This document shows, in pieces, positions 46,682-55,165 of a stretch of 64,000 bases of DNA. Below the pieces are notes generated by a model, which worked only from the letters and a program-made list of their open reading frames with translations, was not told the DNA's origin and did no database searches. How positions within the stretch are numbered: the first letter of the stretch is position 1; the number at the start of each line of letters is the position of its first letter. The stretch is from a virus (lineage: Duplodnaviria > Caudoviricetes), in the IMG/VR virus record IMGVR_UViG_3300037484_000333, positions 8,635-72,634 of that record; one strand, given 5' to 3'. The position numbers were made by a program, and so were the translations under genes.

Positions 46682-48343
46682 CTACTCCTTACTGAAGTCT
46701 GAGATCAACTGTGGTGTGGCTGTATCAAACCCTACCACATCCAACATACCAGCGTCATTGGGGTCTGCCAGTGTGAAGCCGTTGGATGTCATAGCCACAA
46801 CCACCAGCTTAGCCGGTATCCCAGTCTTCTTGCGGTACAGTTGGAGTGCCTGGAATGGGTGGAGGTCGCCAGCCCAGGTCTCGTCATCAGTGTAGATCAC
46901 GAAGGTGTCAACCTCAATACCTTCCTTAGCTGCCCACACCATGGGCAACGCACAGTCAGTTCCACCAAAGTTCTGGTCACTGGTCTTCTTCATGGCTGAT
47001 ACCAAGGTATCTTTGGCTGTGATGCCGAGGTTCTTGAAGGTTGTAGAGAACCCCATAGTGTAGTAGTTGGGTTCCGTCCTAGCGGTTACTAATGCCATAG
47101 CGGTCGCACCACGTGCTGGTGTCAGACTTGGTATGCCTGCTATTTCACCCCAAGCCATAGAGCCTGACACGTCCAGGGCCAGCAATGTACGCTTACCCGT
47201 AGGCTCCACATTCCCAAAGGCTAGGTAGAACGCATGGTCTAGGGCGTCTACTATCTGAGGTATAGGCTTCCACTCCAGCTTCCCGCGCTCACCATGACCT
47301 TGGCTGTAAGTACCTAGCGCGGCTAACACAGCTACCGGGTGGATGCGTGCGGCCTTAATAGCCTCTTGGTTGGTGAGTCGGTCAACCACTATCTTCGCGT
47401 CTTCAGACATTGGCTTGAGACAACCATTGGCTGTCATGCGGCCAAGGTTACGAAGAGTGGCCGTCATTGGCAGGTTGGGTAGAAGGGCTGACCATACTGC
47501 TGGGTGCTTGAGTTCCTCAGTTGGGATCATCTCCCAGGTTACTACCTTGGAGTGGGCGTTGATGAGCATCTTGGTCGCCGCTTCACCCTTGACCTGTTGC
47601 AAGGCCTCAAAGGCTATGATAACCTCAGGCCACTCACTGCCCCACACTTCCTTGTATGTGCTGACCACCCCCTTACGGTCAACCGTCCGCAGGCCATACG
47701 CTATGCTATCATCCAGGTGTCTGCACGTGACCCAACGATACAATGCGTTGTAGTTGGCCATAGGGGTAGAAGGGTGAGCAAGACGCAGCAAGTCTCTGTG
47801 AGACCACCCACCACGCTGCTGATACTTGCATAGCTGGTAGGCTAGGTCATTGGGGTTATGCATACCATACCAGTGTTGGATAGCCTTACGCAGTACGCTA
47901 CCCCAACCCCTGAGGTTCTTGCAACACTCAGCGAACTGGAAGAGGTGAGTACCTATACGGCAAACGTGAGGGAGAGCTTCAGAGGCGGCACGCTTGGTTG
48001 GAAGGTCACCGAAGCTGATGCACATGGCGAGTGCGAAGATAGCCGGGTCGTTCTTAGGTGCTCGACCTGACTGGCTGATCTCAACTATACGGTTGACAGT
48101 ACGGGGTCCATCAGCCTTGATACAACGCAGTACGGCCTCGGCATTCTCAATTGTGAGCTTTTGGGCTGATGCGTAGTAGGTTCCACCTTCGGAACCCAGA
48201 ATGAGGAAGCGGTCTAGCCTGATCCAGTCATCAACGGGGAAGACGTAGCCTCCAGCATCGTTGACGACCTGGTCAGTGCGACCTGGTACGGGGGTTGATT
48301 GAGGGGTTTGCTTGATGGAGTAGTGCTCGGAGTATAGAGACAA
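46682..48343 (-). CDS. rsr: Ro60/Rsr TROVE-domain RNA-binding protein
   Basis: QVVNDAGGYVF..DDWIRLDRFLILGSEGGTYY, RAPKNDPAIFALA, KYQQRGGWSHRDLLRLAHP, vWA DVSGSM, GGTDCALPM, YTDDETW. Confidence 0.95.
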   Translation of the reverse strand: MSLYSEHYSIKQTPQSTPVPGRTDQVVNDAGGYVFPVDDWIRLDRFLILGSEGGTYYASAQKLTIENAEAVLRCIKADGPRTVNRIVEISQSGRAPKNDPAIFALAMCISFGDLPTKRAASEALPHVCRIGTHLFQFAECCKNLRGWGSVLRKAIQHWYGMHNPNDLAYQLCKYQQRGGWSHRDLLRLAHPSTPMANYNALYRWVTCRHLDDSIAYGLRTVDRKGVVSTYKEVWGSEWPEVIIAFEALQQVKGEAATKMLINAHSKVVTWEMIPTEELKHPAVWSALLPNLPMTATLRNLGRMTANGCLKPMSEDAKIVVDRLTNQEAIKAARIHPVAVLAALGTYSQGHGERGKLEWKPIPQIVDALDHAFYLAFGNVEPTGKRTLLALDVSGSMAWGEIAGIPSLTPARGATAMALVTARTEPNYYTMGFSTTFKNLGITAKDTLVSAMKKTSDQNFGGTDCALPMVWAAKEGIEVDTFVIYTDDETWAGDLHPFQALQLYRKKTGIPAKLVVVAMTSNGFTLADPNDAGMLDVVGFDTATPQLISDFSKE

Positions 48344-48399
48344 AGGCCGTACCTCCCTTAAGACGCTATGGTAGTACGGTCCTTTGCTTAGACGCTATG
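48339..48399 (-). promoter_or_regulatory. 5'-UTR hairpin occluding part of the rsr SD and the start codon
   Basis: CAAAGG-A-CCGTAC pairs with GTACGG-CCTTTG, which covers the SD end and the TTG; 10-nt direct repeat CATAGCGTCT. Confidence 0.5.
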
Positions 48400-48471
48400 A
48401 TACTAAGTCATCGGCCGCACCACCCATCCATCATTTCGTCCTGTCAGTAGTCCGCCGACCACTAATAGGAA

Positions 48472-48547
48472 AAGGCGCGAGGGGTAAGTAGTTGCTATAC
48501 GGAATATACACCAGATAACCGTGTAGCTTCGACCCCTCGCGCGCCTT
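48472..48547 (-). ncRNA. Y-RNA-like ncRNA 1
   Basis: GCGAGGGGU-C-GAAG...ACUAC-UU-ACCCCUCGC: terminal stem with bulged C and G.U/A-U pairs, inner stem GCUACACGG/CCGUAUAGC. Confidence 0.7.
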
Positions 48548-48548
48548 A

Positions 48549-48619
48549 ATACGGGCAAGTAATGTTAGAGGGCGTTTATCCTAAAGAAGTATAGATAACC
48601 CTCTAACTTCGGCCCGTAT
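48549..48619 (-). ncRNA. Y-RNA-like ncRNA 2
   Basis: AUACGGGC-C-GAAG UUAGAGGG...CCCUCUAAC AUUAC-UU-GCCCGUAU. Confidence 0.75.
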
Positions 48620-48631
48620 GTTGTTTGCTAA

Positions 48632-48758
48632 GGGTGAGCAAGTAATTGAAGCAGGGTTGCACCTGTTTGATGGCAGGTGTTGTGGGTTTCGACCCCACTG
48701 CTAACGCGCTTGCACACGTAAGCTTTTTGCCAAATAACCCTACGACTTCGGCCCACCC
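48632..48758 (-). ncRNA. Y-RNA-like ncRNA 3 with tRNA-like internal domain
   Basis: GGGUGGGC-C-GAAG...UAC-UU-GCUCACCC; contains a T-arm-like GUGGG-GUCGAAA-CCCAC and a CACCUG/CAGGUG hairpin. Confidence 0.7.
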
Positions 48759-48772
48759 CATTATTTACTGGA

Positions 48773-48913
48773 GGCTGCACAAGCGGCAGAGACCCAATTC
48801 TGCCAAGGCTGTGGCTCATGGTACGGCGCGCGCATTACGGAAGTTACTGTAGCCATGTTTGTTAGGGAGGGGGCAACCTCTCTCAAACTCTACCGTCCAC
48901 CACCTGTGCAGCC
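48773..48913 (-). ncRNA. Unclassified structured RNA inside the Y array
   Basis: Closing stem GGCUGCACAGGUGG/CCGCUUGUGCAGCC with internal hairpins; lacks the bulged-C motif. Confidence 0.45.
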
Positions 48914-48922
48914 ACAATATGG

Positions 48923-48983
48923 GGCGTAGGCAAGTAGTGACGGACGGGTTAATGCAGTTAACCATCCGTCTTCGGCCTACGCC
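48923..48983 (-). ncRNA. Y-RNA-like ncRNA 4
   Basis: GGCGUAGGC-C-GAAG ACGGA...UCCGUC ACUAC-UU-GCCUACGCC. Confidence 0.75.
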
Positions 48984-49023
48984 ATGTAAAGTTAGGTATT
49001 GACTAGTATTAACTACCCATATC

Positions 49024-49146
49024 TTGGTAGAAGGTAAGCCCATATACACCAGGGCAGGAGTTGCACCTGCCAAGCACAGCGAAACACTGCGGGTATACTT
49101 TTCCCCCACTGGTCTTTTGGGCGTGCACCCCTTTCCCTTCTACCAA
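49024..49146 (-). ncRNA. tRNA-like domain on a long stem
   Basis: 11-bp stem UUGGUAGAAGG/CCUUCUACCAA enclosing D-like, anticodon-like and T-like (GCAGG-UGCAACU-CCUGC) arms. Confidence 0.55.
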
Positions 49147-49157
49147 AGTATGGAGAG

Positions 49158-49343
49158 TTAATCCCTGTTAAGACTTGGCCACTCGGCGAAGGCGAACCAC
49201 AAGAAGGCTAGGATATTGACTAGTGGAATGGGGAATAGTACCCCTAACCATGGATTGTATCCAGCCTTCTGAAGTATCATGCCCCATATTGCGGCCATAC
49301 CAACTGCTATTAGGATGAACAGTACTACCATCAGAACGACCAA
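49158..49343 (-). CDS. Small two-TM protein (DUF805-like)
   Basis: IWGMILQKAGYNPWLGVLFPIPLVNI...AFAEWP. Confidence 0.6.
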   Translation of the reverse strand: MVVLMVVLFILIAVGMAAIWGMILQKAGYNPWLGVLFPIPLVNILAFLWFAFAEWPSLNRD

Positions 49344-49624
49344 CCTTCCAGACAGTGTAGCCCTACCACATGCTTACACGCACCCTGCACAGTACAACCA
49401 CCATTCCTGAACCCAGAGTCTTGACAGTTACACCTCAAGCCATAATCAGTCTCCTGGATAGTGTATGGCTTGTTGTCAGGACTGGTGCAGACCCAGGTAT
49501 TGTCAGACACTTTGGAGTAGTCGTAGTGTTGGACTACCTTGAGGACGCGCGCCTTAGCCCTATCATCTAGGGCAGAGGACTCAACTCTCCTAAGTGCTGC
49601 ATTGCGCTGTTTTACACTGTACAT
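49331..49624 (-). CDS. SWIM Zn-finger protein
   Basis: CNCQD...CKH. Confidence 0.7.
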   Translation of the reverse strand: MYSVKQRNAALRRVESSALDDRAKARVLKVVQHYDYSKVSDNTWVCTSPDNKPYTIQETDYGLRCNCQDSGFRNGGCTVQGACKHVVGLHCLEGWSF

Positions 49625-49629
49625 TTTAC

Positions 49630-49851
49630 CTATCCAGAGATGTACTTAGAACGCGGGGGTGTTTCCTTCCTCCACCCGTGGTTCAAGATAGCATGAGCCA
49701 GGTCGATACCCCACTGACCCTTAAGGTCGGCAATGAGAGCGTCTTGTAGGAGTCGGGCTCCTTTGACATCACCATTATAGGAGCGTGCGCTAATGACCTC
49801 ACAGGCGTTACGGATAGCGCCCAACATTGACTCCAGTGTACGTTCCGTCAT
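49630..49851 (-). CDS. Hypothetical protein
   Basis: ORF track. Confidence 0.4.
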   Translation of the reverse strand: MTERTLESMLGAIRNACEVISARSYNGDVKGARLLQDALIADLKGQWGIDLAHAILNHGWRKETPPRSKYISG

Positions 49852-50117
49852 TGTGGACTATCCCCCTCGTACAACTTCTCACGCGCCTCGTCGTACTTGC
49901 GATCAGGGTCAGGCTCGATGGGGTCTAGCCCAAACTCATGCCCTTCAGGACAATACTTCCACCTCTCACCCCTGTAACCCTGTACCATCATGGGGCCACG
50001 GTGACACGTAGGACAGACCTCGTCGTCCAGCTCTTCCTCGTAGTCTGGGCCAGAGATTTCATATTCCATGCCCGTCACCCCTGGCGGGTAGTCCCATCCA
50101 AAGTCAGGCGTCCTCAT
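49848..50117 (-). CDS. Zn-ribbon hypothetical protein
   Basis: YPPGVTG.E.EISG motif; CPTC...CPEGH. Confidence 0.5.
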   Translation of the reverse strand: MRTPDFGWDYPPGVTGMEYEISGPDYEEELDDEVCPTCHRGPMMVQGYRGERWKYCPEGHEFGLDPIEPDPDRKYDEAREKLYEGDSPQ

Positions 50118-50285
50118 CTCAGTGACTTCCCAAACTCACAAGCTGGTGTGATATGAGAGCCAGCATTGCCGACCATCCGCCGATTGCGAAACCGAGCGCT
50201 ATAGTCAGGTTGCCAGGCAAGTCAGCTATCAACAACGCAGATGTGGATGGTATCGCCATTACCAGGACACAAAACCAGTACCAGA

Positions 50286-50579
50286 TCATTTGTACGCCTC
50301 CACTATATCAATGCAGTAATCATCAGCGTTGACGCACACTCTGTTAGGGTGGCTGCCTGGAACGTAGGCTATGACTTCATCTTCCATACATGGATCGTTC
50401 ATGTGGTTGATGGTCATACCCTCAGCCCACACATCAGTGACAACGTAGTTGGGTACGCATGATATGTCAGTCGGTGGTGGGACTGGGATAACGTACTCGT
50501 CCTTGCCTACTACTGTTCCCAGCCACAGTCCCAAGCACAGCAGCAGTGACCCAGCGGCTAACAGCCATAGACTCTTCAT
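50286..50579 (-). CDS. Secreted Cys-containing hypothetical protein
   Basis: N-terminal signal/TM segment. Confidence 0.45.
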   Translation of the reverse strand: MKSLWLLAAGSLLLCLGLWLGTVVGKDEYVIPVPPPTDISCVPNYVVTDVWAEGMTINHMNDPCMEDEVIAYVPGSHPNRVCVNADDYCIDIVEAYK

Positions 50580-50745
50580 CCGTTATCTCCTCACTCCGCA
50601 ATAGGTGGGGCAGCTCAAGGAATGTACGGTATAGCTGGTGATCGGGTCTCTCTATTAGGTAGACTACATCAGCCAGTGGGCTGTCATGTGGCGCGAGTTC
50701 CCATATGACTGGTTGGGGGTTGATTGAGTTGTAGATGTACCACAT
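50467..50745 (-). CDS. Hypothetical protein
   Basis: ORF track. Confidence 0.35.
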   Translation of the reverse strand: MWYIYNSINPQPVIWELAPHDSPLADVVYLIERPDHQLYRTFLELPHLLRSEEITDEESMAVSRWVTAAVLGTVAGNSSRQGRVRYPSPTTD

Positions 50746-50747
50746 AG

Positions 50748-50972
50748 CTACCTACCTAATAGGCTACGCTCGTGCTCGAAGACGGCTATGAGTCGTAGGA
50801 TGAACTCTCTTGACCTACCACCCAGCCCACGTTGAGCAGCCAACCACACCTCACTCGTCTGCTCCGAGTTCTTTGGGTAGTTGTCCATGACGTAGGATGC
50901 ACAACCCAGTGCTGCTATGATAGTACGTAACTCAGGTGCCCCCAGTTCCACGCGCCTTGTCTTAGTCTTCAC
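50748..50972 (-). CDS. Hypothetical protein
   Basis: ORF track. Confidence 0.4.
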   Translation of the reverse strand: MKTKTRRVELGAPELRTIIAALGCASYVMDNYPKNSEQTSEVWLAAQRGLGGRSREFILRLIAVFEHERSLLGR

Positions 50973-51300
50973 AGGCTACCTTGGTGCCAAGGTTGAACAA
51001 CTCCCTGGCCAGTGCACCACCCTTGAGGTTGCCGTCGTTGACCTGGATTGTCAGGTTGAGCAGCTCCTTAGCGAACTTGGGCTGCCCTATGGGAATGGAG
51101 TCGGTCAACCAGAGTGCTTGCCACAAGTGTTCGGCGTATATTTCCTGCCGTTCACGCAACCTGCACATAGGGCAGGTGGGTGTTGGATTGTAATACCAGT
51201 CGTACCTGCCATACCAGTCGTCGTATGAGTCCTTACTCATTGTTCTCACCTCCAGGCATAGCCTCACAACCCAGAGGATTAGCTCCTTACTCAGAAACAT
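50962..51300 (-). CDS. Hypothetical protein
   Basis: ORF track; start uncertain. Confidence 0.4.
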   Translation of the reverse strand: MFLSKELILWVVRLCLEVRTMSKDSYDDWYGRYDWYYNPTPTCPMCRLRERQEIYAEHLWQALWLTDSIPIGQPKFAKELLNLTIQVNDGNLKGGALARELFNLGTKVACED

Positions 51301-51544
51301 CCCTCTAGTTGTGAGGCTGTGCCCGATGGCGAGTCGGGCTATTACCTCAAGCCAGCCGGTACGTCGATCCTGATCCGGATGTTCGAGTCCCAGACCTGGA
51401 GTATGACAGCCCGGTCATTGAGCATGGTCGCTGAATGGACGACGGCATGGTCTATGTGTGCGTCATCCAGCTTCTTGTCGATGTACTTTAGGAGCGGTGG
51501 TTTGACCTGCATTTGTTACCCCCTCTACTACTAAAGGCAGGCTG

Positions 51545-51585
51545 GGTAGCAGGAGCCAGATGTATCGTATAGTACTCCTGCTACC
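51545..51585 (-). terminator. 11-bp inverted repeat downstream of 51607-52212
   Basis: GGTAGCAGGAG-N19-CTCCTGCTACC. Confidence 0.4.
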
Positions 51586-51606
51586 TCTGTCCGCCGACCA
51601 GCGTCT

Positions 51607-52212
51607 CTACTTGGAGACGTTGATCTTCAGGTGCTTGGTCTTAGCGAACTTGTAGTGGGAGACAGAGCCGACGGTGTGGCCCGTCTTGCCCACGCTGCCC
51701 AGCTTCGACATCACTGTGCCCAAGCGTTGTGGGGTCTCAGGCTTGGCATCGGGGTGCTCAGCCAGGAAGGCCGCACCCTCTGCGTCTATCGGCTCCACTG
51801 TGACGAGAGCCCCCGTCACGTAATCACCGATGGTCACAGGGTTGCGCTCTCCCGTGCCATTGCCACCTCTGCTTGGCCCAGCCTTGAGCACTCGGTCGTA
51901 GGCGTCCTGCCCCACGACGATGCGTCCCAACGTCCCGTCGCCATTGACGGCGAGGGTGTAGGGCACATCAGCCTTGGGCAGTGTCATCTTTTGTGCCAAT
52001 ATGGGCTCGCACAACTTCACCTGTTCCGCAGCCCATGCCTCAGCCTTAGCAGTCCTGGTAGGAATTGCTTCCTTCACCTGGGCTACAAGGCTGGTAGCAC
52101 GTTCGATGTCGCCCGCGCTGAGAGCCTTTTCCAGCTCGGCCAAGCGAGCCAGCTGTTCGTTTGTTACCTTGCTCATTACATACCTCCTTGAACTAAGAGC
52201 GAGGCAAATCAA
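51607..52212 (-). CDS. Hypothetical early protein (GC-rich)
   Basis: Likely ATG start after SD GGAGG (MSKVTNEQ). Confidence 0.55.
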   Translation of the reverse strand: MICLALSSRRYVMSKVTNEQLARLAELEKALSAGDIERATSLVAQVKEAIPTRTAKAEAWAAEQVKLCEPILAQKMTLPKADVPYTLAVNGDGTLGRIVVGQDAYDRVLKAGPSRGGNGTGERNPVTIGDYVTGALVTVEPIDAEGAAFLAEHPDAKPETPQRLGTVMSKLGSVGKTGHTVGSVSHYKFAKTKHLKINVSK

Positions 52213-52236
52213 GCGGCTTCGCTTGCCTTATTCTAT

Positions 52237-52483
52237 TGTCCTTCACATACCCTTGATCCCCAGGAATGGGGCGATCAAGAGGATGGAAGCTTTACAAGGC
52301 ATCATGCTTGTTATCTCTTATGCGATGTGTTTACTCCTTATCAATTGATAGTCCTTGCGATCCTATTGACAATCGCGATCTGATCTGTTATGCTTGACGC
52401 ATGCACAGCAAGCAGCAAGCAGGGATCGCCGGGGGGATCGCTGTCCTTACACATACCCCAGCTCCCCAGGAATGGGGCGATCA
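52237..52483 (+). repeat. ~41-bp imperfect direct repeats (52237-52277, 52442-52483) with a 21-bp identical core
   Basis: TGTCCTT(a)CACATACCC-N4-TCCCCAGGAATGGGGCGATCA occurs twice, flanking a promoter. Confidence 0.85.
52366..52394 (+). promoter_or_regulatory. Sigma70 promoter
   Basis: TTGACA-17-TATGCT with TGn extension. Confidence 0.7.
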
Positions 52484-52505
52484 CGATACATTCGGGAAGG
52501 AGAGA

Positions 52506-53528
52506 ATGACATATGATCTAAATGTATATGCGCCCGCGCACAAGGCAGCGAGATGTTCATATGCGAAGAAGGAGCATAAGACAATGGCGCGCAAGACACT
52601 TCGGGGCACGAGAAATCCTAGCAGGGAGCTTCAGCACGCGGATGATCCGCAGCTGGACATAGCATCCGTGCTCAACACGGGAACGAATCCTGCGATCAAG
52701 ATTACTTCCTGTGGGAATCCAAAGCAGGATGTGAAAATCTTGCGTACGCTCCTTCCCTGGAAGAGCTTTCCCCGTGTGAGACAGATGCTAAGGGAAGAGG
52801 CGGCAAGGGACATAGCGGATGCGAAAGAGCGATATGCGCGATGGACGCATCCTGACAAATCGGCTGAACAAATAGCGGACATGATTAAGGCGGATGAGGA
52901 AAGAATAGAAGCGGGAGATCAGATTTCGGGATGCTGGTTTCCGTACAATCCGCCAGCGGAAATCACGTGGACGCTTGAAGCGGTGGCGCGCATAGCACGA
53001 GCGAGAGATGTCAAGAGAACGCACACGAATCATCCGCTGCCATACAATCCGCCAAAGGAAATATCTTGGGGAGATGTATTCGGCAAGGATAATCCATTCC
53101 CGATACTCCCCAAGATAGAATTCCCCAAGGCAGAATACAAGATGAAGAGCTTCTCGGAAGCGATGGGCTTCGTGTGTACGCTCTTGATGGGATCGAGATT
53201 CATGGCCCCGCGATCAGCGCCCATGTTTGAAGCGCACAGGAAGCAAGCGAGCGACAGCGCATTCTGGAATCGGGAGATTCACATAAGCGAGAAGCCAAAG
53301 GGCGCATGCGAGAATCACGAATGGACGTGGAGCGGACACGGGAGCTACGGCACAGAACAATACGATCAGGAATGGGACACAGACAATCCATTCTGGTGGG
53401 AGAAGCTCGATCACGACACATCGCCCAGCTTGATCGGACAAGGGGAACACGGACACGCCATTGTCTCTTGGGATAGAATCGTAGAGGCAGTGGTCGCAAG
53501 CGCACGAATCGAGGACGAATGGGACTAA
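52506..53528 (+). CDS. Hypothetical protein in the compositionally distinct island
   Basis: SD GGAAGGAG plus ATG at 52506; internal duplication PYNPP.EI.W. Confidence 0.55.
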   Translation: MTYDLNVYAPAHKAARCSYAKKEHKTMARKTLRGTRNPSRELQHADDPQLDIASVLNTGTNPAIKITSCGNPKQDVKILRTLLPWKSFPRVRQMLREEAARDIADAKERYARWTHPDKSAEQIADMIKADEERIEAGDQISGCWFPYNPPAEITWTLEAVARIARARDVKRTHTNHPLPYNPPKEISWGDVFGKDNPFPILPKIEFPKAEYKMKSFSEAMGFVCTLLMGSRFMAPRSAPMFEAHRKQASDSAFWNREIHISEKPKGACENHEWTWSGHGSYGTEQYDQEWDTDNPFWWEKLDHDTSPSLIGQGEHGHAIVSWDRIVEAVVASARIEDEWD

Positions 53529-54372
53529 CGCGCTAATATCGGAAGCGATAGAAGGAGATGCTTACTAAAAGTAAGCGCCTTACTATTAATTAGCTCTTTT
53601 ACGCCCTATCTTTACACACTTTACACGATAAAAACATTATCTACTGTGTTTAGTTCCTTTATTGTCTATTCGTGTGCGATTGACAGCATATGCGAGCATA
53701 TCATAGCAGGGTAATTCACATACGATGAGGTTGTTCGAGGATGTCTCGTATGCGATGTAAGCGCGCACACGCATGTATCATATAAGGATAGCACGCTAGC
53801 GTGCGCGCCGAAGGCGGATATAGCGTATGCGGGAGATGGCGCACATGAACGTATCATATACACACATGTCATGTATGATTAGCACACATAGGGATTGTTC
53901 GTATACGCAGGACAGTAGGGTGAGGGTAGGACAGTGCGGTGTGTGGCTGTGCGGTTAGGGTGCGTTCGGATGGTTGACGGTACTGGGGGATATTCGGTTC
54001 TGATGCTGGGCGGGTGGTATGTGGGCTTAGTCCCTACAGAAAATTTTACAGTTTTTCCGCTTTCCTGAAAGAGCACGTGGTACAAGTCCTATGAAAGTGC
54101 TCGACTCTCTGATAGGCACCATCGTAATGCTCCCAAACTGCGGTGGTGCACGCTTGCCAGTGATTACAGTACTGGAGTTGAGGGGGCCAGTCAGACCCAC
54201 ATTTGGGACAGAACTCCCACCCACCTCGTTGGTATCTAGGTACCTTCTTTAGGTCGTCTTCGCACAACCTTCTTCACACCTTCCCAAATCAATACCGCCG
54301 GTACCGCTATCGGTAGGAACAGTATGAAGGCCAGCCCCGCGACCGGTCCCCATACTAGTGACTTAATAGTCT

Positions 54373-54612
54373 TCACGAATGGTGGCTACAGCTTGCACTG
54401 GTGGTTGTGGTGTAGCTAATGTCGTTGTTACTGGCTACGTAGGAGTTCCCAGCTCCATAGTATGTGGGGTAGTAAGTTGGGTATGTGGGGTAGCTACTAA
54501 TATACCACTTGGCTCCCCATTCCTTACCACAGAGTCGGCAATACGCCACATCACAAATAGAGCAGTGTCCAATACTATAGTGGCTGCAATGTTGATGACC
54601 ATGACTATGCAT
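54373..54612 (-). CDS. His/Cys-rich small protein
   Basis: MHSHGHQHCSH..GHCSIC..YCRLCG. Confidence 0.5.
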   Translation of the reverse strand: MHSHGHQHCSHYSIGHCSICDVAYCRLCGKEWGAKWYISSYPTYPTYYPTYYGAGNSYVASNNDISYTTTTSASCSHHS

Positions 54613-55059
54613 TTAGTTCACCCCCTCTACAGTAAATGGGAACCACCCGCCGTCAATGGCGAATGGCCCCTTACCGTTCTTCCCTTGGGCCTCAGCGAAC
54701 AGGATAAAGCTGCAACTGCCCACCAGGTCGGGCCGCCATGTTCCCTCCAGGTCAACCGAGTCCACGTTCGGCGACACGAATGGCCCGTAGTCTACCGTCA
54801 CGTCCATCCCGTTGCGATATGTCGAGTAGTGGTGCTCCCAATAGCCGTGGTACACCCGGGTGCCTGCTTCGTACTGGCTGCACCAGACAACGCCGGCGGG
54901 GTACTTCACATGTCCATCTATGACCACATGGATGGTGGCGTATCCTCCGTACTGGGGATCGTTCAGCAACGTCGCCGTGGCCGTGGGCGAAGGATCTGCC
55001 CAGGCTGTGAATGGTACCATGCTAAGGGCCACCAGTAGGACCATAAATATGTATCTCAT
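54613..55059 (-). CDS. Secreted protein, probably leaderless mRNA
   Basis: Signal peptide MRYIFMVLLVALSMVPFTAWA; the -10 box ends 7 nt before the ATG. Confidence 0.6.
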   Translation of the reverse strand: MRYIFMVLLVALSMVPFTAWADPSPTATATLLNDPQYGGYATIHVVIDGHVKYPAGVVWCSQYEAGTRVYHGYWEHHYSTYRNGMDVTVDYGPFVSPNVDSVDLEGTWRPDLVGSCSFILFAEAQGKNGKGPFAIDGGWFPFTVEGVN

Positions 55060-55065
55060 AGTTCT

Positions 55066-55094
55066 ATGATACCTTATCTCCGCGCCAATGTCAA
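55066..55094 (-). promoter_or_regulatory. Sigma70 promoter
   Basis: TTGACA-17-TATCAT. Confidence 0.7.
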
Positions 55095-55149
55095 GTGTAA
55101 TTTACAGGTTGCCTAATACGAGAATTGGGGTTCTGGGATCAGATGTCTA

Positions 55150-55165
55150 TTAACATGGCCTGTCG
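55150..55165 (+). promoter_or_regulatory. Extended -10 promoter
   Basis: TGATACAATTATAGGT, 15/16 identical to 4057-4072. Confidence 0.55.

Noticed and set aside
48405-48463. Possible hammerhead ribozyme (CUGACAG-GAC-GAAA on the minus strand, within a stem)
   Set aside because: The core deviates from CUGANGA, stem II cannot form, and there is no clear stem III/NUH. It may still be a structured RNA of the array.
48472-49146. CRISPR array or canonical tRNA cluster
   Set aside because: Units are self-pairing stems with different sequences rather than identical repeats with spacers. The tRNA-like parts lack proper 7-bp acceptor stems, canonical anticodon loops and CCA ends.
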